Below, in pieces: positions 58,806 through 64,000 of a stretch of 64,000 bases of DNA (positions are counted from its first letter, which is position 1; every line of letters starts with the position of its first letter). The DNA comes from Candidatus Hydrogenedentota bacterium (GTDB lineage: Bacteria > Hydrogenedentota > Hydrogenedentia > Hydrogenedentales > SLHB01). Where the stretch lies: assembly GCA_013359265.1 (NCBI GenBank), contig JABWCD010000005.1:73678-137677 (forward strand), in the 5' to 3' direction. The position numbers and the translations under genes were made by a program. A model generated the notes under the pieces. That model was not told the origin of the DNA and did not search any database. It saw nothing but the letters and a program-made list of their open reading frames with translations.

Positions 58806-59260
58806 CGCGGTTGAATTTGGCGCGGGTGGCGAATCATCAGAGCGTCGAGGACCTCGTCAATCATTCCGAGGTGCCCTTCCTGTTCGCGGAGCTGGTGTTT
58901 CACGTCCACGAGATACCGGTTGAGCGACTCGAGCCGTCGCGCGAGAATGCGCGCGACGTAGAACATCACCTCGGGGTTTGCCTTCATGAACGCGATGGGG
59001 TCCGCGGCGACCCGGCATTCCACGTCCGTCGATGCAACGACCGTCGCCGTATGCGGGCAACCGAGCAGCACGGACATCTCGCCAAACATCGCGCCGCGTT
59101 CCCGAATGCGCGTTATGAGTTCCTGTTCTTTGCGAACCTCGACCGAACCACTCGTCAAAAAGAACAACTCGGACTCGGCCGTGCCTTCGTCCATGAGGAT
59201 GTCGCCCTTGGAAAAAGCGCGCGTTGGCAGGGTCTCGATGGCTTCGGGCAGCGTGTCCAT
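58787..59260 (-). CDS. stand-alone cyclic-nucleotide-binding domain protein
   Basis: F.KGD.L..EG, SGSVEV, GAMFGEMS..HTATV; no HTH; GAGG RBS. Confidence 0.85.
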   Translation of the reverse strand: MDTLPEAIETLPTRAFSKGDILMDEGTAESELFFLTSGSVEVRKEQELITRIRERGAMFGEMSVLLGCPHTATVVASTDVECRVAADPIAFMKANPEVMFYVARILARRLESLNRYLVDVKHQLREQEGHLGMIDEVLDALMIRHPRQIQPRQTAGE

Positions 59261-59388
59261 GACGGCACCTCACTTCACGGCAAAACCGTGGCGTCGTAGC
59301 GCCGCCGCCCGTAGCCGCGCCGTATCCGAATTGCTCAACCCTGGATTGATCTCCAGGATTTTCGTATGATAGCATACGTTTTCGCTGA

Positions 59389-59463
<75 letters not shown>

Positions 59464-59537
59464 TTTTCGATTTCCCTTGGGGTAGGCGCCGCCTCCAACA
59501 CCGGACCGCGAGCCTCCCCTTCGCGTGACGACCGCGC

Positions 59538-59613
59538 GGGCCGTTAGCTCAGTTGGTAGAGCAGGTGACTCTTAATCACAAGGTCGCAGGTTCGACTCCT
59601 GCACGGCCCACCA
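59538..59613 (+). tRNA. tRNA-Lys (CTT)
   Basis: GGGCCGT acceptor, CTCTTAA anticodon loop, TTCGACT, CCA end. Confidence 0.95.
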
Positions 59614-59884
59614 TCTTTCCCCGTATTGATTAGATTTGATGCCGGCGGGAGTATCCTGTTTCGTCAAGAATGCTTGTGTCGCTCGAGCGGGCGTGGCCAT
59701 CGATGGCGGAGGAGGGAGCGCGCTTCGCGGCCGAGGCCGCGACGCTCGCCCGTGGCGTATACCCTGCACCATTGTTTGCAATTGCGCGCAGTTTGGTTCC
59801 ATTGTAGGTCTCTTCAATTACTCGATACATGTGCGATCGCCGTTGGTGCGAGGGCGGCGCCGGCGCTGCGCAGGGGAGGTTAAC

Positions 59885-60811
59885 GTGTCTGCACATTCGC
59901 TGTCCCGTCGGTCGTTTCTTACCGCTGCAACGCTTGGGGGCAGCGCACTAATTCCCACCGGCGCTTGGGCCGCGGCGCCCGTTGCGCGAGAGCACGGGCC
60001 GTACATGAAGCTCAGCCTTGCCGCCTATTCATTCCACAGCATCTTGCCGAAGCGCGCATCCGCAGAGGAGTATGCGAAGGCGGAGATGAAATTGGAGGAC
60101 TTCGTTCGTTACTGCGCCGAACTGAATCTCGATGGGTGCGAACCTACGTCGTACTACTTTCCGGCCGAGGTCACGCCGGAGTATCTGCTTAACCTGAAGC
60201 AACTCGCGTTTCGTCTGGGTCTCGACATTTCCGGGACGGCGATTGGCAACGATTTCTGTGTGCCGGATGGGCCGAAGCGCGAAGAAGAGCTACGGATGAC
60301 GCGCGAGTGGATCGATCATGCCGCCGTGATCGGCGCGCCGGTCATTCGCATCTTCGCGGGGAACGTGCCGCAGGGCGATACGGAGGAAACGGCGCTTGCG
60401 CGGTGCATCAGCGGCATCAATGAATCTCTCGACTACGCCGCGCAAAAGGGCGTGATGCTGGCGCTCGAAAACCACGGAGGCATTACGGCGACGCCCGAAC
60501 AAATGCTCCGCATTATCGAGGGTGTGAAGGAGTCGCCTTGGTTCGGTGTGAACTTTGACGGCGGCAACTTTGCGACCGCCGACCCCTATGCGGACCTTGC
60601 GAAGATCGCGCCGTACACGGTCAATGCACAACTCAAGGTAATGATCAATCGCGCGGGCAAAAAGGAACCGGCCGACTTTAATCGCGTGGTCGGCATCCTG
60701 CGCGATGCAGGTTATCGCGGGTATCTCGTCCTTGAATACGAAGAAAGCGAAGACCCGCGCACCGCCATACCACGCCATGTCGAAACATTGCGCAAGATTC
60801 TTGGCCGGTAG
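59885..60811 (+). CDS. Tat-signal sugar phosphate isomerase/epimerase (xylose-isomerase-like TIM barrel)
   Basis: SRRSFL; LSLAAYS, IRIFAG, LALENHGG, NFDGGN, LEYE; GGGAGG RBS with GTG start. Confidence 0.85.
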   Translation: MSAHSLSRRSFLTAATLGGSALIPTGAWAAAPVAREHGPYMKLSLAAYSFHSILPKRASAEEYAKAEMKLEDFVRYCAELNLDGCEPTSYYFPAEVTPEYLLNLKQLAFRLGLDISGTAIGNDFCVPDGPKREEELRMTREWIDHAAVIGAPVIRIFAGNVPQGDTEETALARCISGINESLDYAAQKGVMLALENHGGITATPEQMLRIIEGVKESPWFGVNFDGGNFATADPYADLAKIAPYTVNAQLKVMINRAGKKEPADFNRVVGILRDAGYRGYLVLEYEESEDPRTAIPRHVETLRKILGR

Positions 60812-60824
60812 CCGCCACGAATTC

Positions 60825-62135
60825 CTATTTCCTCTTGAGGACTTTGTCGAGGATCGGTTGCAGCCGGTTGCGAACGTCTTCTGAATCCGCTCCGGAAACC
60901 GGATTTTGCTCGTCGATGTCTTTCGATAAATCGAACAGGGTTCCATCCGAATACAGCTTCCAGTGCGTATCGCTCACGAAGTGCCGGTAATCCGCTTGCG
61001 ATTCCGGGTTTCGCGCGTAGGACATGAATACCCAACCGCGCGCCTTATCTTCGCGGCCGGTCATGATCGGCATCAGGTTCTGCCCGTCGGCGTAGTCGGG
61101 GATGGGGAGTCCGGCAACGTCGGCCATCGTGGGTAGCAGGTCCGAGAAGTCGATCGGCGAATTCACGACGGTACCGGGTTTGATGCGGCCCGGCCAATTT
61201 GCGACGAAGCCTACGTGCGTGCCGGCGTCCGTCATGGTCCCTTTACCGCCCTTCACCACGCCGCGGCCCGGTAACGGAGACGTAATCTCGCGCCCGGTGC
61301 CGTTATCGCCGGTGACGATGATCAACGTGTTTTCGCGCAAACCCAGCGCGTCCAATTTGTCCACGACGCGCCCGATGCACTTGTCCATATAGTGGACCAT
61401 GTCGGGGAAGTGTCTCGTGTCCTTTCCGCCGGACTCCCAGTCCGGCGAACCGGGCACGGGTTCGTACGGTTCGTGCACGAGGATCATCGGGTAATAGACC
61501 AGAAATGGTTCGCTCTTGTTGCGCTCCATGAACTCGGCGATGAACTCGTCGCACAGATCGGGTCCGTACTTTCCTTCGGTGTTTTCGACGCGTTTGCCGT
61601 TGCAGTAGAGCTTGGGGGATTTGTAGCGCGACCCTTTGTCCGCGAACTCGCCGGCGTTGGTCCGCGCCTGACCCTCGAATTGAAAGTGCCAGAGGAGGTA
61701 CTCGTCGAATCCAGCTTTGCGCGGTCCATCGAGATCGCCGGGGCTCAACTGCCACTTGCCGGCGATGCACGTCTTGTATCCCGCTTCTTTCAGCATTTTG
61801 GCGAAGGTGTGCTCGGCGAAATCGAGCACGCCAAACTTCACGTAGTTGCGGAAGTTGTACTTGCCGGTCATCAACTGCACGCGCGACGGCGTGCACAGCG
61901 GCTGCGCGTATGCGTGCGTGAACAACGCGCCTTCGCGCGCCAACGCATCGAACCGCGGCGTCCGGTAGTGCGTGCTGCCGTACGCGCCGTAGCACTCGTA
62001 GGCGATGTCGTCGGCGAGAATGAGGACGATGTTTGGACGCTTACGGGCGGGCGCTTGCGCCAACGCGGGACCGGTGGCCAACATTGCTCCAGTAGCGACG
62101 CAGGTGCCCAGCATTTCGCGTCTGCTGATGTCCAT
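60825..62135 (-). CDS. Tat-exported sulfatase
   Basis: SRREML; PNIVLILADD, CTPSR, GKWQL, GDNG. Confidence 0.92.
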   Translation of the reverse strand: MDISRREMLGTCVATGAMLATGPALAQAPARKRPNIVLILADDIAYECYGAYGSTHYRTPRFDALAREGALFTHAYAQPLCTPSRVQLMTGKYNFRNYVKFGVLDFAEHTFAKMLKEAGYKTCIAGKWQLSPGDLDGPRKAGFDEYLLWHFQFEGQARTNAGEFADKGSRYKSPKLYCNGKRVENTEGKYGPDLCDEFIAEFMERNKSEPFLVYYPMILVHEPYEPVPGSPDWESGGKDTRHFPDMVHYMDKCIGRVVDKLDALGLRENTLIIVTGDNGTGREITSPLPGRGVVKGGKGTMTDAGTHVGFVANWPGRIKPGTVVNSPIDFSDLLPTMADVAGLPIPDYADGQNLMPIMTGREDKARGWVFMSYARNPESQADYRHFVSDTHWKLYSDGTLFDLSKDIDEQNPVSGADSEDVRNRLQPILDKVLKRK

Positions 62136-62358
62136 TACGCTTACTCCAGAGTCCCGCAGCCGGCGCCGCCCCGCACGGAGCGGCCTGATCTCGAAAGTAT
62201 CGGGCGACGGGTATGACGATTCAACCTTCCAGCGCGTCGCGCGAGCGGCTGGGCAAGGCGTATGTTGATAAATTGGCCGACCAAAGCCCACGATACGGCT
62301 TCCATTACTTAGCCCAAGGCGTTGCATGCGATTCAGGACCAATCAGGAGGAAGTCATA

Positions 62359-63282
62359 ATGATTCGATCTGGCGCGGCCTTGCTTTGGGCGGCATCACTC
62401 CTGGCGGGCTTAGCGGGCGCGGAGCATCGCGTGCTGTGCTCCGCCAACGACAAGCTTGTAGTTGTTTCGCCGGGCGGCGAGGTCGAGTGGGAGGTGCCAT
62501 GGAAGGGTGGGACGCATGATTTGCATGTGCTGCCGAACGGGAACCTTCTCGCGATTCGAGATGGTCATGTCGTCGTCGAAGTGGACCGTGCGACTAAGAA
62601 GGACGTGTGGACCTATGACAGCGCGGCGATGAACGGCAATGCGGGCAAACGCGTGGAAGTGCACGCGATCCAGCCGTTGGCGGACGGTAACGTAATGATC
62701 GCTGAGTCCGGCCCGGCGCGAATCATTGAAGTGGACCGCCAGGGAACGTTGTTGAAATCGATTGCGCTTAAAGTGGACAAGCCCGACCCGCACCGCGATA
62801 CGCGGCTGGCGCGAAAGGTGGACAGCGGGAACTACCTCGTATGCCACGAGGGCGACGGCGTCGTGCGCGAATACGACGGCGGCGGTAAGGTTGTGTGGGA
62901 GTTTCCGGTGCCGTTGTTCGGCAAGGAGCCAAAGCCGGGGCATGGACCTGAGTCGTTTGGTAACCAGGTGTTCGGCGCGATTCGGATGAAGAACGGCAAC
63001 ACGTTGATCGGCACGGGTAACGGGCATGCGGTGATTGAAGTGACTCCAGAGAAAGAGATTGTCTGGGAAGTGCATCAGAACGATTTGGCGGGCATCACGT
63101 TGGCGTGGATTACCACGGTGATGATGAAACCGAACGGCAACGTCGTATTCGGCAATTGCCATGCGGGGCCTGGCCAGCCGCAGATCGTGGAGATCGAACA
63201 CGACTCGCGCCATGTGATTTGGACGTTTGCGCATTTTGATATGCTGGGGAATGATATGACGAATTCGGTACTATTGGATTAG
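62359..63282 (+). CDS. secreted beta-propeller repeat protein (PQQ-like / arylsulfotransferase-like)
   Basis: signal peptide; repeated L.NGN.LI..VIEV..G..VWE blades; AGGAGG RBS. Confidence 0.75.
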   Translation: MIRSGAALLWAASLLAGLAGAEHRVLCSANDKLVVVSPGGEVEWEVPWKGGTHDLHVLPNGNLLAIRDGHVVVEVDRATKKDVWTYDSAAMNGNAGKRVEVHAIQPLADGNVMIAESGPARIIEVDRQGTLLKSIALKVDKPDPHRDTRLARKVDSGNYLVCHEGDGVVREYDGGGKVVWEFPVPLFGKEPKPGHGPESFGNQVFGAIRMKNGNTLIGTGNGHAVIEVTPEKEIVWEVHQNDLAGITLAWITTVMMKPNGNVVFGNCHAGPGQPQIVEIEHDSRHVIWTFAHFDMLGNDMTNSVLLD

Positions 63283-63311
63283 CCACAAAAGAACGCAAAG
63301 AACGCAAAGAA
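63283..63311. repeat. short 9-mer tandem repeat (AAAGAACGC)
   Basis: CCACAAAAGAACGCAAAGAACGCAAAGAA directly after the stop codon. Confidence 0.5.
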
Positions 63312-63327
63312 ATCGCTGAGTACGTCG

Positions 63328-63723
63328 ATGCGATTGAAGAAAACGAAAATCGATCCGAAGGCGAAAGCACAGTTTCTCGATAACCTGCGAAAGGATCGCG
63401 CTTCGCGGGAGTCGGGTTATCGCGAACAGGCGTTGGCGCTGTTTCCGCATATCTGCGCGCGGTGCGGGCGCGAGTTTGCCGCCAAGAACCTTGCCGAACT
63501 CACCGTCCATCACAAGGATAACAACCATCTCAACAATCCTCCTGATGGAAGCAACTGGGAGTTGCTGTGCGTGGCATGCCACGACGACGTTCACCAGGAC
63601 GGCGAGCGCGTGAACCATTTTGGCGGTTATGCGCTGGGGGCCGCCCCGGACCAGTCGCTGGGACATAATCCGTTTGATGCGCTAAAGAACCTTCTGGACG
63701 ACGATTCCAACCGCGACACGTAA
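63328..63723 (+). CDS. yajD: YajD family HNH nuclease
   Basis: YREQAL..P.IC.RC.REF...NL.ELTVHH.D.NH.NNP.DGSNWELLC..CHD, C-terminal NPF..LK. Confidence 0.88.
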   Translation: MRLKKTKIDPKAKAQFLDNLRKDRASRESGYREQALALFPHICARCGREFAAKNLAELTVHHKDNNHLNNPPDGSNWELLCVACHDDVHQDGERVNHFGGYALGAAPDQSLGHNPFDALKNLLDDDSNRDT

Positions 63724-64000
63724 GCTGCCGTCGCGCCGCGGCTGCGATGTCCTTCACCCTTTAGCCCATTGTGTTGCACTTTTCTGACCGCGTATCACAC
63801 GGAAGACACGAGAGAGGCCTGGCATGCGAAACGACCCCTGTTTGGTTGACGGAATCGTATGATGGCGGTAGCGAAACAAGGGTAGACATTTTGCGAGACG
63901 AGGGGTAATCTGTTGACAGGAGGAGAGATAAGCTTCTGGAACATTTAGAGTTAGCCATACGGACGGCGGATCGCGCGGATAACACGGACGGAATCGAGCA

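Noticed and set aside
63328-63723. HNH homing or defence nuclease
   Set aside because: Matches the conserved chromosomal YajD pattern; no mobile-element context

Overview
GC-rich bacterial chromosomal window with typical sigma70 promoters and RBSs. BamD/LptE indicate a diderm; many Tat-exported sulfatases and glycan enzymes suggest a PVC/Hydrogenedentes-like lifestyle (taxonomy is inference only). Core and metabolic genes include purM-purL-purQ, a LysR regulator, cca, bamD-lptE-holA, a PP2C phosphatase, an ECF sigma factor, yajD and three tRNAs (Pro-GGG, Gly-GCC, Lys-CTT). The standout is a ~9.4-kb integrase-less island (39275-48651) inserted at the 3' end of tRNA-Pro and bounded by a 41-bp direct repeat. 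It carries a four-gene co-directional cassette: PLD-nuclease/SNF2-helicase fusion, a 163-aa unknown, an amino-DNA methyltransferase with an AT-richer target-recognition region and an extra C-terminal repeat domain, and a CBS-pair/HEPN(RxxxxH) protein. I read it as a candidate anti-phage system whose architecture I do not recognise as a named one. Also notable: a GHMP-kinase/UDP-sugar-pyrophosphorylase fusion beside a GalU-like gene, a plant-glucuronokinase-like kinase, a radical-SAM/SPASM-like protein lacking its CxxxCxxC motif, a brnT toxin with two lesions next to an intact brnA, an intact GNAT-RHH TA pair, an orphan antitoxin-like gene, and several short intergenic repeat elements. All calls come from motif reading by eye; no searches were run.
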